Program-made: the position numbers and the translations under genes | NCBI GenBank assembly: GCA_047947115.1 | Contig: CP170459.1 | Span: 4,704,001 to 4,768,000, forward strand | Source of the DNA: Verrucomicrobiota bacterium | GTDB lineage: Bacteria > Verrucomicrobiota > Verrucomicrobiia > Limisphaerales > AAA164-E04 | Direction of reading: 5' to 3' | DNA length: 64,000 nucleotides | Part shown: positions 43,570 through 52,816 of the stretch, piece after piece | How positions within the stretch are numbered: position 1 is the first letter of the stretch | Layout: each line of letters starts with the position of its first letter | The notes under the pieces: model-generated | Database searches by the model: none | What the model was told of the DNA's origin: nothing | Seen by the model: only the letters and a program-made list of their open reading frames with translations

Positions 43570-44706
43570 TTATCGCGTCTCATAGTACTTCACAAAACCC
43601 GCCAGATCACGCCGATAATCGGTATCAATATCCATGCGAGTCAATTGACGATGAACCTTTGCAAGTCCCTCGTCGCTGGATTCCGCCGCGAGGGCATCCC
43701 GAAACCTGAAGGTCGGATCCGGGTTAAGGAATCTTCGGAGGATGGCGATCAATTCACGGTTACAGGAAACGTAGGATGGAACCAACTGATCCAGATCCTG
43801 AACCAATCCAACCTTTATTTCATACAACTGCGGTCGGCTGAGAACTGAATCGCGTGGAATCAAAGGGCGACCACACAGCAACTCCAGCCCCACAAGTCCG
43901 ACACTGTAGATATCGGATTGAACCGAAAAACCTCCGCCTGAATGATATTCAGGCGGAGCGTATGCCGGCGTGGTAAGTGCATGACTGACATCATCGTCAA
44001 ATCTGGTTGCACGCCCAAGATCAATGAGACGGATATAGCCTTGTGCGTCAACCATCACGTTGCTGGGTTTGATGTCACAATGAAGATAGGAAGCGGCATG
44101 CAAATTTTCCAAACCAGCCAACATTTGCCGCATCACATAAGTCACCACCCCGGGTTGCATGCAACAACGTCCTTCGAATTGATTGAAAAGAGATTTAAAA
44201 CCGTGAAGTGGATGCCCGGATTTCAAGCGCAGTTTATGATACAGGGGCAGGACCTGCCCCAAATTGATACCATCGATCAATTCCATCTGCACCAACCCGA
44301 CCCCGTCTATTTCAGAGTAAAAATCTGTATCGACCAGATTCGGACAACGATTGCGGTGCATTTCAGATACCTGTCGTGCAATACGGATCATGTCCTGCCA
44401 ATAGGCATCCGCATCGACATAATTGGCCGGATGATAAAACTTGATGGCATGCTGTGTCACACATTCCCGTTCCCCTCTCCGGACCGCCCGGTATACAATC
44501 CCTTGCCTCCCTTTGCCCAGCGGAGCAGACAATTCATAAGAAGCACCAGACAAAAATGTGGCTGCACTCATCAGGGCATGGTACTGACGAATCAAACCAT
44601 CCAACCTTGGATCGGCGAGCCGTGTTTCAGGAGACCTGGACACGTCAAACCAACTGTAGTCCGTTGTCTGAACAGAAGAACCAATCATCCTATTTACCCA
44701 AACCAC
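43570..44706 (-). CDS. Soluble Hanks-type Ser/Thr protein kinase
   Basis: LGKGRQG, AIK, HCDIKPSN, IDLG, TPAYAPPE, SDIYSVG; no TM segment. Confidence 0.88.
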   Translation of the reverse strand: MVWVNRMIGSSVQTTDYSWFDVSRSPETRLADPRLDGLIRQYHALMSAATFLSGASYELSAPLGKGRQGIVYRAVRRGERECVTQHAIKFYHPANYVDADAYWQDMIRIARQVSEMHRNRCPNLVDTDFYSEIDGVGLVQMELIDGINLGQVLPLYHKLRLKSGHPLHGFKSLFNQFEGRCCMQPGVVTYVMRQMLAGLENLHAASYLHCDIKPSNVMVDAQGYIRLIDLGRATRFDDDVSHALTTPAYAPPEYHSGGGFSVQSDIYSVGLVGLELLCGRPLIPRDSVLSRPQLYEIKVGLVQDLDQLVPSYVSCNRELIAILRRFLNPDPTFRFRDALAAESSDEGLAKVHRQLTRMDIDTDYRRDLAGFVKYYETR

Positions 44707-44740
44707 TTGTTATTTTGAATGGTCTTAGTCCACCCGGTCT

Positions 44741-45574
44741 TCAAGCATGAGCGAATTCGCTCTCGAAACTGAGACTCAAATCACGAGACAAAGCCGCCTC
44801 GGCAATGAGCGAATCGTCCAAATCGGCAATGGAGGCCACAACATGGTCGGGCTGATAGGAAAACGATGGCAAATCCTCCTGGTGAGTGGTGCCCGACAGA
44901 ACCAACACGGTATAATACCCAAGCTGGTGCCCCCCCAGAATATCCGTGCTCATGGTGTCTCCGATCATAATGGTTTGTTTTGCGTCCAGATTTAATTCCT
45001 TACGGGCTCCCCGCATCATGATCGGGCTGGGTTTGCCGACACTGAAAGCCTGGCGTCCGCTGGCACTTTCCAGCATGCGAACCAAGGCACCACAACCTGG
45101 CCGCATGCCGTGCTGGGTAGGACAGTTGGGATCCAAATTGGTCGCAATAAAGCGGGCACCCGAACGAATGAGATTAAGCGCCTGCTCCATGATTTCAGCA
45201 TTGAAGGTTCGGCATTCCCCGATCACCACATAATCAGGATCCTTATCCACAATGGAATACCCATGATCATGAAGAGCCGCCAACAATCCACCCTCCCCGA
45301 CAACAAATGCGGTTCCGTTAGGTTTTTGATGGGCAAGGTAGGAGGCCGTTGCATCAGCACAAGTATACACATGCTCGTCCAACACATGAATCCCGTATCG
45401 GGTGAGACGTGTTGCAATATCGCGCCGCGTTCGTTGACTATTATTGGTCAGAAACATGAACGGCACTTTGTTTTCCAACAGTTGATGAATGAAGGATTCT
45501 GCCCCTGGGATAAGTTTCCCTCCCCGGTAAATGACCCCATCCATGTCAATCAAGTATCCATGACTTTTTTTCAT
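44741..45574 (-). CDS. HAD-IIA (NagD-like) phosphatase
   Basis: LIDMDGVIY, FLTNNS, ATNLD, GKPS, IGDTMSTD. Confidence 0.92.
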   Translation of the reverse strand: MKKSHGYLIDMDGVIYRGGKLIPGAESFIHQLLENKVPFMFLTNNSQRTRRDIATRLTRYGIHVLDEHVYTCADATASYLAHQKPNGTAFVVGEGGLLAALHDHGYSIVDKDPDYVVIGECRTFNAEIMEQALNLIRSGARFIATNLDPNCPTQHGMRPGCGALVRMLESASGRQAFSVGKPSPIMMRGARKELNLDAKQTIMIGDTMSTDILGGHQLGYYTVLVLSGTTHQEDLPSFSYQPDHVVASIADLDDSLIAEAALSRDLSLSFESEFAHA

Positions 45575-46219
45575 CGCATGAAGCACTGAGCTTAAATCAA
45601 GCCAACTCAGCAAACGATCGCGCAAGCCCTGAACAAGGGGCGGAATGCCAACGCCGGTTCCAACAGAAGATCGCTGCATTCACATCCGTTCATAAAAAGC
45701 ATGAACCATCTTTCATTACATATTCAGCACTCTCCCCATTCTCCCCAGCCTGCGCCATGTGACGGACGGGAGATGAAGTGAAGTGCTCTGCTGATGAATC
45801 CTGCCAGGATGCCGCCCACTCGGGAATGCCTTGTCGAGATTTCATACAAACTGATTTCCTATTCCCCCCCCAAACCAGGTTCACCTTGTTGCTTTATAGA
45901 CATCACCTGAGCAAAATGGAACAACCCTTCAAAATAATGACATCGGATTCACATATCGGCTTCGGGATCATGCCGGCCTATTTGGAGATGATGTCGGACA
46001 TTTCCACACCTCATTGAGCAAGAGAGGAGATTTCGTCGACTCACCATGCACCCAGTCCGATCATGACATTGCCATCGATATTCTGATTGTTTTCATACCA
46101 GATAATGGGCCTTTTCTTTTATTTCACTCATATCAACATCCGTTCTCAAGTCACCTATCTCTATCCCTCATACAGCCCATGCAAATAATTCATCTATCCG
46201 GGATCCGGTATAAGGCAAT

Positions 46220-46235
46220 TGGCATCCACGGTGCT
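46220..46235 (+). promoter_or_regulatory. Possible sigma54 promoter for the heme/globin cluster
   Basis: TGGCATCCACGGTGCT fits TGGCA-N8-GC[A/T] (-24/-12), about 120 nt before the DUF3365 gene. Confidence 0.5.
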
Positions 46236-46357
46236 GCCACCGCCGCCTGAAGGGAGAAGCTAAACACAGAACACATCCGTTGCGGTGAGATCTGGTATCC
46301 ATGACCCAAAGGAGTTTGGAATGCCCATCCCGAAATTGAACCCTAAAAACGAAGAAC

Positions 46358-46996
46358 ATGAAAAACCCTCTGAAACCCCACCATCATCATCAGTACCATC
46401 CACGCACCTGGATGCATTACGGACTCCTGACATTGGCTTTCGCCATTTGTCTGGGCGGCATTGGATGCAGCCCGCAGAAAGAAACAACAGCGACACCTCC
46501 CGGCCTTCCATACAGGAAAGTCTCTGATTTCCTCCACACCGTCCTGGAAAATGACAGAACTGTTTATACCAGAAATGTGGTCAACCGATTGGTAAAACAG
46601 GAAAAGGTGATCACGGCAAGCGAACATTGGACGGACGAGAAAGCGCTGCCTCTACCCGCTCAGATGTTTCGGATGGGAGCGGAAATGACTGCAGAAAAAA
46701 CCTCCGACTTCAGCTACTCGCTCCAATCTCTCTGGCCAATCAACAAGGCCAACGCGGCAGGCCAGACGGACATAGAAAAAGAAGGCCTGCAGTTCGTCGT
46801 CGACAACAAGGGAAAGGCTCCCTTCTATGGAGAAGAGACGCTGGGTGGAAAAGATTACTTTGTGGGCATTTACGCCGATGTGGCTGTGGCCCCGGTGTGT
46901 GTGGATTGCCACAATGATCACAAGGACAGCCCCAAAACGGATTTTACCCTTGGGGACGTCATGGGCGGTGTCGTGATCCGCATCCCGAAAGAATAA
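46358..46996 (+). CDS. DUF3365/Tll0287-like monoheme c protein, probable lipoprotein
   Basis: Lipobox-like GGIGC, DRTVYT, LPLPAQMFR, SLWPINK, CVDCHN, GDVMGG. Confidence 0.85.
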   Translation: MKNPLKPHHHHQYHPRTWMHYGLLTLAFAICLGGIGCSPQKETTATPPGLPYRKVSDFLHTVLENDRTVYTRNVVNRLVKQEKVITASEHWTDEKALPLPAQMFRMGAEMTAEKTSDFSYSLQSLWPINKANAAGQTDIEKEGLQFVVDNKGKAPFYGEETLGGKDYFVGIYADVAVAPVCVDCHNDHKDSPKTDFTLGDVMGGVVIRIPKE

Positions 46997-47065
46997 GGCC
47001 CTCAGCATGTTGATGAATGGAATTGACAAACAGTTCGTAACAACCTTCGACCGCGTTCATAGATC

Positions 47066-47488
47066 ATGTTTTTACAAAGAACTGTGAGAGGGCTTTGCCT
47101 GATTGCCGGTATTTCTCTGATATGGATCGCTTGTGACAACCCATCCACAAAACAAGCAGTCCCCCCCATGACAGAGACGCCCGTTCCGGAAAAACCCTTT
47201 GATCCCATGGCTCTGCAACTGAACACAGAGCCACTCCAAAAAGGACGGCTTATCTGGATGGAAACCTGTGCGGCCTGTCATTTGGAGGGATTGGGAGATG
47301 CTCCATTGATAGCCAACAAAGAAGCATGGGCCGACAGGATCGAAAAAGGCATGACGACCCTGTATCAACACGCGATTGAAGGCTTCTACGGCAGCATCGG
47401 GGAAATGCCTCCACGTGGAGGCAATGAATCCTTGAGCGACGAAGAGATCAAACTGGCTGTGGATTTTGTGATCCATTGCAGTCGATGA
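47066..47488 (+). CDS. Cytochrome c5-like lipoprotein
   Basis: CAACH..G..DAP, W..RI.KG..TLY.HAI.G, MPPRGG, LSDEE. Confidence 0.92.
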   Translation: MFLQRTVRGLCLIAGISLIWIACDNPSTKQAVPPMTETPVPEKPFDPMALQLNTEPLQKGRLIWMETCAACHLEGLGDAPLIANKEAWADRIEKGMTTLYQHAIEGFYGSIGEMPPRGGNESLSDEEIKLAVDFVIHCSR

Positions 47489-47524
47489 AAATGTATCCCG
47501 ATTACAAAACAGAAAGTATTCAAA

Positions 47525-47950
47525 ATGAGTCTGACACAAGAAGAAATCACCCAGGTTCAAGCAAGCTGGGAAAAATGCATACCGATCAGTGAAAAAGCTG
47601 CCGAGTTATTCTACGGCAAATTGTTTGAACTGGATCCGGAATTACGGTCCCTGTTCACCTCGGACATCAAAGAGCAAGGCAAGAAGCTGATGACCATGAT
47701 CACGGTGGCTGTGAGGGGCCTGAGCGACTTGGAAAAGATCGTTGATGACGTCAAAGCACTGGGTGTCAGGCACGTCCAGTACGGAGTCAAGGATGCCCAC
47801 TATGACACAGTGGGTGAAGCCCTTTTATGGACACTCGACCAAGGATTGGGTGAGGATTTCACTCCCGAATTGAAAGAATCATGGACGAAAGTATATCTGC
47901 TTCTTGCCGGCACAATGAAAGAAGCGGCAGCGGCAAGCTCCAATGAATAA
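47525..47950 (+). CDS. Single-domain globin (flavohemoglobin-type globin domain)
   Basis: VQASW, FYGKLF..DP....LF, EQGKKL, LGVRHVQYGV...HY..VG.ALL. Confidence 0.95.
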   Translation: MSLTQEEITQVQASWEKCIPISEKAAELFYGKLFELDPELRSLFTSDIKEQGKKLMTMITVAVRGLSDLEKIVDDVKALGVRHVQYGVKDAHYDTVGEALLWTLDQGLGEDFTPELKESWTKVYLLLAGTMKEAAAASSNE

Positions 47951-48021
47951 ATGCATCCCCTGTGTCACCTGCATGACAGATTAAAAACAGGCCGAAACCT
48001 TTACTGCCATGCGGTGACACA

Positions 48022-50070
48022 GTGGAATTAAACAACAATGTTGCCCAGCATGGAACAATGCCTTTGAGCCCTCCACAAACCCACAATCGCTTAAGCCCTG
48101 AACAACCCCAGTCTCCGGAAAGGAAATCTCTGGTGATCGTGGGAGGCGGCATGGTCTGCCACCGGCTTTGCAAACAATTGGTTCATGAAGGATACCAAAC
48201 ACACCAGATCAAAATTTTTACTGAGGAATCCTTGCCACCCTATGATCGGGCCAACTTATCCAAATGTTTTCATCGTTCATTGAAAACACCACCTCTGCTC
48301 GACCAGAAACGTTGGTATGAAAAAAATGGCATATCACTTCATCTTTCGAAAAAAGCGGCGCATCTGGACGCCTCAAACAAACGAATCCGCTTTTCAGACA
48401 ACAGTATCATCGGCTACGACAAATTGGTTCTGGCTACAGGCAGTCGTCCGGACATCCATGCTATTGAAGGGGCGGAACTGGAGAACGTGTTCACCTACAA
48501 GAATTGGCAAGATTTACTCAAAATCGAGTCCTTCTGCCGGCCGGATCGAACCATCGCCGTGATTGGTGGTGGATTGCTCGGCCTGGAGGCCGCAGCCGCT
48601 CTGCATCAGGCCAAATGCCGGATCAAAGTCTATGAAACGGCCAACACGCCTCTTTGCAGAAACCTCAGCGAAACGGCCGGAGCCGTCCTGTTGAAGTCCA
48701 TGAAAACCTTGGGGATTGAGGTTCTACTCAAATACCAGCTGGAAAAAATTCTTTCAAACAACGGAAAATTGAATCTGGTTTTTAGGGGGAATGTGTTCGC
48801 CGAAGCAGACGGCGTTGTGCTTGCAACAGGAACCCGTCCCTGCGATGAACTGGCTGCCGAAAGTGGCATTCAGGTTTCTCCCAAAGGAGGCTTTCTGGTC
48901 GATGAAACCTTGAGCACCAGCGATCCTGACATCTTTGCACTGGGGGATTGCGCCAGCTTTCGTCATGACAGTTTTGGATTTGTCCAACCCGCATACGAAC
49001 AGGCCGATGTTTTGGCCGCTCGTTTTTGCGGCAAAGATGACACCTATGTTCCGACTGGGCGAAACTGTCGGCTCAACATTATGGGGATAGAGTTGTCTGC
49101 CTATGGGGAAAACCTGGGAGAGGGAGAGCATCTGGTCTACTCGGTGAATGGTGATTACAGATCGCTGGTGATGCATCGAGGCAAATTAATAGGCGCCACG
49201 ACCATTGGAAAATGGGAACAGGCAACCGCTCTGGGGGTGGCTGTCAGTGAAAACTTGCGCGTCCCACATCGCCAGAAAAAGCATTTTTGCACGTCGGGCC
49301 AGTTGGATATGTTGACACATATGGGAAACGTCACGACCTGGTCCGCAGATGCCGTGATATGTCAATGCACGCACATGTCCTGCCAGGCTGTAAAAAACGC
49401 CATCTCCGAAGGATTCGATTCCCTTGCCAAACTGGAAAAATATACTCAGGCAGGTGGACAATGCGGTTCCTGCCGCCCTTTGCTGCTGGGACTGTTGCAC
49501 CCACAATCACAAGAAGTTCAAGGCAAAGCAGAAATACCGGGACATCGAAAAGATCATCTGTGGTGGGTGGCACTGGTGGGCTTGATTTTTTGTATGCTGT
49601 TCTGGGCACCATGGCAAATGCCACCTGTTGATTCGGTCCAATCCTTGAATTATAAATGGAGTCAATTTTGGAACAGCTTCTTCGCCAAGCAAGTGACTGG
49701 ATTCACCACAGCAGGCCTCTCCTTGTCCGCCCTGATCCTCTCCCTTCGAAAGCGCATGGCCTGGTTCCAGTGGGGTGAGTTTGCCGTTTGGCGAGTGCTG
49801 CATGCCTGTGTTGGAATCCTGACTCTCCTGACTCTGTTTTTGCACACCGGTTTATCCATGGGACACAATCTGAATTTCTGGCTGGCGACATGTTTCGTCG
49901 GATTGAACACGCTGGGCGCTTTTGCAGCCATTGCTTCCTCATCCCGCGCCAGAAAAACAGCGGGCACCCAGACAACCTTTCAGGTCTGGATGACACGCCT
50001 CCACATCATCTTCTTTTGGCCGTACCCGGTCCTGTTGGCGGCTCACGTGTACAAGGTTTATCAATACTGA
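48022..50070 (+). CDS. NirB-N-terminal-like FAD/NADH oxidoreductase + BFD [2Fe-2S] + His-bearing TM domain
   Basis: IVGGGMV, PYDRANLS, LVLATGS, GGGLLGLE, FALGDCA; ICQC...CGSC; TM helices with VLHA, FLHTG, RLHI, AAHV. Confidence 0.85.
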   Translation: MELNNNVAQHGTMPLSPPQTHNRLSPEQPQSPERKSLVIVGGGMVCHRLCKQLVHEGYQTHQIKIFTEESLPPYDRANLSKCFHRSLKTPPLLDQKRWYEKNGISLHLSKKAAHLDASNKRIRFSDNSIIGYDKLVLATGSRPDIHAIEGAELENVFTYKNWQDLLKIESFCRPDRTIAVIGGGLLGLEAAAALHQAKCRIKVYETANTPLCRNLSETAGAVLLKSMKTLGIEVLLKYQLEKILSNNGKLNLVFRGNVFAEADGVVLATGTRPCDELAAESGIQVSPKGGFLVDETLSTSDPDIFALGDCASFRHDSFGFVQPAYEQADVLAARFCGKDDTYVPTGRNCRLNIMGIELSAYGENLGEGEHLVYSVNGDYRSLVMHRGKLIGATTIGKWEQATALGVAVSENLRVPHRQKKHFCTSGQLDMLTHMGNVTTWSADAVICQCTHMSCQAVKNAISEGFDSLAKLEKYTQAGGQCGSCRPLLLGLLHPQSQEVQGKAEIPGHRKDHLWWVALVGLIFCMLFWAPWQMPPVDSVQSLNYKWSQFWNSFFAKQVTGFTTAGLSLSALILSLRKRMAWFQWGEFAVWRVLHACVGILTLLTLFLHTGLSMGHNLNFWLATCFVGLNTLGAFAAIASSSRARKTAGTQTTFQVWMTRLHIIFFWPYPVLLAAHVYKVYQY

Positions 50071-51413
50071 TGTATCTCCTCAATTTTCAATCGGCAACCT
50101 TTCTGGCAAGCACAGCAGCGATGGCCTTGACCATCGGCGCTCTTTCAACGGCTTCCCGGAACAAGGAACTCTTGAGTCCCGGTCCGATGACCAGCGGACA
50201 CTATCAAATCGAACTGCGTTGCGATGTCTGCCATGGAGAAGAGGAGGACAGCATACAGAAGGCCTGCCTGCAATGTCACGCTGATGAGTTGAAAAAGGTG
50301 GACGATTCGCATCCGGTTGTAAAATTCAAAGACCCGAGGAATGCAAGTCGACTCGAAAAAATCGACGCCACACAGTGTGTCAGTTGCCACAAGGAACACC
50401 GGCCTGATCTGACAAGAGACATGGGCGTCACATTGCCAGAGGATTACTGCCTGTTCTGTCACGACAACATAGCGGAGGAACGACCAACACATGTTGGATT
50501 GGGATTCGAGACCTGCGCCACAGCAGGATGCCATAATTTCCATGACAACTCATCCCTCTACGAATCTTTCCTGGCTTCCCACCTGGATGAGCCTCCACAC
50601 AAAACTGGAGGAAAGGTTCTGACAAATCTTCAGGATCTCAACCATCAAACGACAACTCAGCAGGGACTCAACAATACATCGGCAGATATGCCGAAGGACA
50701 TTCCTGTCACAAGAGATCTGCTCAATGACTGGCAGGCATCTCAACACGCCGCATCTGGCGTCAACTGCAGTGCATGCCACACCAGCATACAGCCCGACAC
50801 CACTTCAACAGATTGGAAAAACGAAGTTTCGATCGACCAATGCGGAAATTGCCATTCCTTCCAACAAGAAAGTTTTCTGTCCGGAAAACACGGCATGCGG
50901 CTTGCGGAAGGGCTTTCTTCCATGAAGCCTTCGATCGCAAGATTGCCAATGAAGGAAGATGCCTCACACTTGACACTCAACTGCACCGTTTGCCATGAAA
51001 GTCATCGATTCAATACCAGACAAGCAGCGGTTGAATCCTGCCTGAAATGCCATGACGACGAACACTCAAATGCATACAAGGATTCACCGCACTTCACTGC
51101 CTGGCTCAATGAATCACGTGGAGTGGCCGAGCCGGGGACGGGTGTGAGTTGTGCCACCTGTCATATGCCCAAAGTTGAAGTCAACCGGTTTGGAGAGGTT
51201 TTCATTGAAGTGGATCACAATCAAAACAACACCTTGAGGCCCAATGAAAAAATGATACGCACAGTGTGCATCCATTGTCATGGGCTTCAGTATTCACTGG
51301 ATGCCCTGGCAGACGAAGAATTGATCAATACCAATTTTTCGAGTCACCCGACCCGGCACGTGAGCAGCCTGGATATGGTTGTAAAGGAACAACAACGCGG
51401 GGACAAGGAATGA
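50070..51413 (+). CDS. Exported multiheme cytochrome c, 11 heme motifs
   Basis: ATG overlaps the upstream TGA; signal-like N-terminus; 10 CxxCH plus one CATAGCH (CX4CH). Confidence 0.9.
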   Translation: MYLLNFQSATFLASTAAMALTIGALSTASRNKELLSPGPMTSGHYQIELRCDVCHGEEEDSIQKACLQCHADELKKVDDSHPVVKFKDPRNASRLEKIDATQCVSCHKEHRPDLTRDMGVTLPEDYCLFCHDNIAEERPTHVGLGFETCATAGCHNFHDNSSLYESFLASHLDEPPHKTGGKVLTNLQDLNHQTTTQQGLNNTSADMPKDIPVTRDLLNDWQASQHAASGVNCSACHTSIQPDTTSTDWKNEVSIDQCGNCHSFQQESFLSGKHGMRLAEGLSSMKPSIARLPMKEDASHLTLNCTVCHESHRFNTRQAAVESCLKCHDDEHSNAYKDSPHFTAWLNESRGVAEPGTGVSCATCHMPKVEVNRFGEVFIEVDHNQNNTLRPNEKMIRTVCIHCHGLQYSLDALADEELINTNFSSHPTRHVSSLDMVVKEQQRGDKE

Positions 51414-51583
51414 ACGGTTGACCCCATTGAATTAAGCTGTCATGACCGGAAGCAGGCCTTTGTTATCAAACATGCAACCGGACAGACGAAAAAACCACAG
51501 CCTCACGACCGTGGTTGTGATTGCTGGTTGAAAACCCGCATGCAACGCAGAGAGATGCCCTCGCAAAAGGCAATGGAACCTCA

Positions 51584-52618
51584 TCATGCACCGGCACGAT
51601 CGCGAATATGTATATACGCATGCACGTGGGGTGCGCCCCGGAAGTAAATCAGCGAGGAGGGCCCTTCAATCTGCCAAACATCCCAGATGCCATCGTTCCC
51701 CAGGTCATGATTCTTATAAAAAGCCATGTGGAGGTGTTCGAACCCCGCCTGATCCACCAGCTTTAAAGCTTCATCGGCATCTTGTTTACGGAAGGGCGCC
51801 AGGACGTCGGACAAGACCTGACGCACCAGCCCCTTCTGATCCTGCATCAATTCAGTCATGGGAATACCGGGCAATCCGGACTTCTTACCAGTCAACGCCA
51901 CAGTCTTGGTTCCCTCCTCCTTTCGAGACGACCCCAGCAAAGCCATTTCACGCTGTTTTCCATTCAGCATCTGAAAAACCTTGTTCGCCTGTTTGGCCTG
52001 ATACCAATAGGCGTTGCCCGGATGGTCAGCCGGCTCGGTGTCTTTGTTGCCAGCTTGATGGCCATAGAAGATCGGACCACCAAAAGCCGCTCCGTCCACC
52101 GAGTTGCCATCACAACGCCGCGTCACATGTCTTCCGGTAAGAACGAACTCAAACTTGCTCTGTCCCGGTTCCCCGAAAAGTGCGATCGAAGTATCTTCAA
52201 GCCCCTCCTCGTCGGTATCCCAGGCCACCGCCTCAAAAATTTTGCTGGCATATTCTTCGCTGTGAATGCCCATGAAAATCTCACGGATCATGGCCTGCTG
52301 ATCGGCGGTGAAATGCTCACCAACGCGTGACTTGGTGATATACCAGTTGTTCTGGACCTCGGATCTCAATGGATGATTGTACGGAAAGCAAATCTGCTGC
52401 TTCTGTTTCTCATTCAGGCTACCAAACAAGGTGGCCACGAGTGTTTCAGACGCAGGTTGCTTTGGTTGGTCGGCAGCTTTGGCGAGCGTGTGCACCAATG
52501 GATTGGCTGCGGCAGCAGCAACGCCAAGGGAACAGCTGGTCGATTTCAGAAAACGCCGGCGATCCATTACTGATGCCGACTGCAGCCCGGTTTTAGGGTT
52601 AGTACTCTGGGAGCTCAT
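51584..52618 (-). CDS. Tat-exported DUF3500-like protein
   Basis: DRRRFLK signal; SL...QK..I.FP, ALFGEPG, GRHVT, P.FYG, WQIEGP, FRGAPHVH. Confidence 0.8.
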   Translation of the reverse strand: MSSQSTNPKTGLQSASVMDRRRFLKSTSCSLGVAAAAANPLVHTLAKAADQPKQPASETLVATLFGSLNEKQKQQICFPYNHPLRSEVQNNWYITKSRVGEHFTADQQAMIREIFMGIHSEEYASKIFEAVAWDTDEEGLEDTSIALFGEPGQSKFEFVLTGRHVTRRCDGNSVDGAAFGGPIFYGHQAGNKDTEPADHPGNAYWYQAKQANKVFQMLNGKQREMALLGSSRKEEGTKTVALTGKKSGLPGIPMTELMQDQKGLVRQVLSDVLAPFRKQDADEALKLVDQAGFEHLHMAFYKNHDLGNDGIWDVWQIEGPSSLIYFRGAPHVHAYIHIRDRAGA

Positions 52619-52680
52619 CCTCTCCTTCTACCTCAATTGAAAGAATCATACCACAAAAAAACGTGCATCATTCAAGGGAA

Positions 52681-52766
52681 GTAGCCGACTTCGAAAGCAG
52701 GTGGCGGCCTCAGGTTCGAGTTGATCCCTCAGGATTCGGATGCGACACTTTCGCAAGTGCGGCTAC
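52681..52766. repeat. GTAG-type REPIN-like inverted repeat (third partial copy from 52770)
   Basis: GTAGCCGACTTCGAAAG ... CTTTCGCAAGTGCGGCTAC imperfect inverted arms; another GTAGCCGC follows. Confidence 0.65.
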
Positions 52767-52816
52767 GATGTAGCCGCTTCCACCAGAAAGTGGCAGTCCA
52801 CTCCCAACGAACGGGC

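Noticed and set aside
45900..46200. NtrC/FNR/NsrR boxes upstream of the heme cluster
   Set aside because: Only half-site resemblances; not supportable.
49788..50069. N-terminal 94 aa of the 541-aa cytochrome ORF
   Set aside because: Overlaps the upstream gene; the coupled ATG at 50070 gives a signal-like start.
50070..51413. Calling the multiheme protein NrfA or HAO, or the flavoprotein nirB
   Set aside because: No CxxCK motif, heme count differs, and the flavoprotein lacks the siroheme domain.
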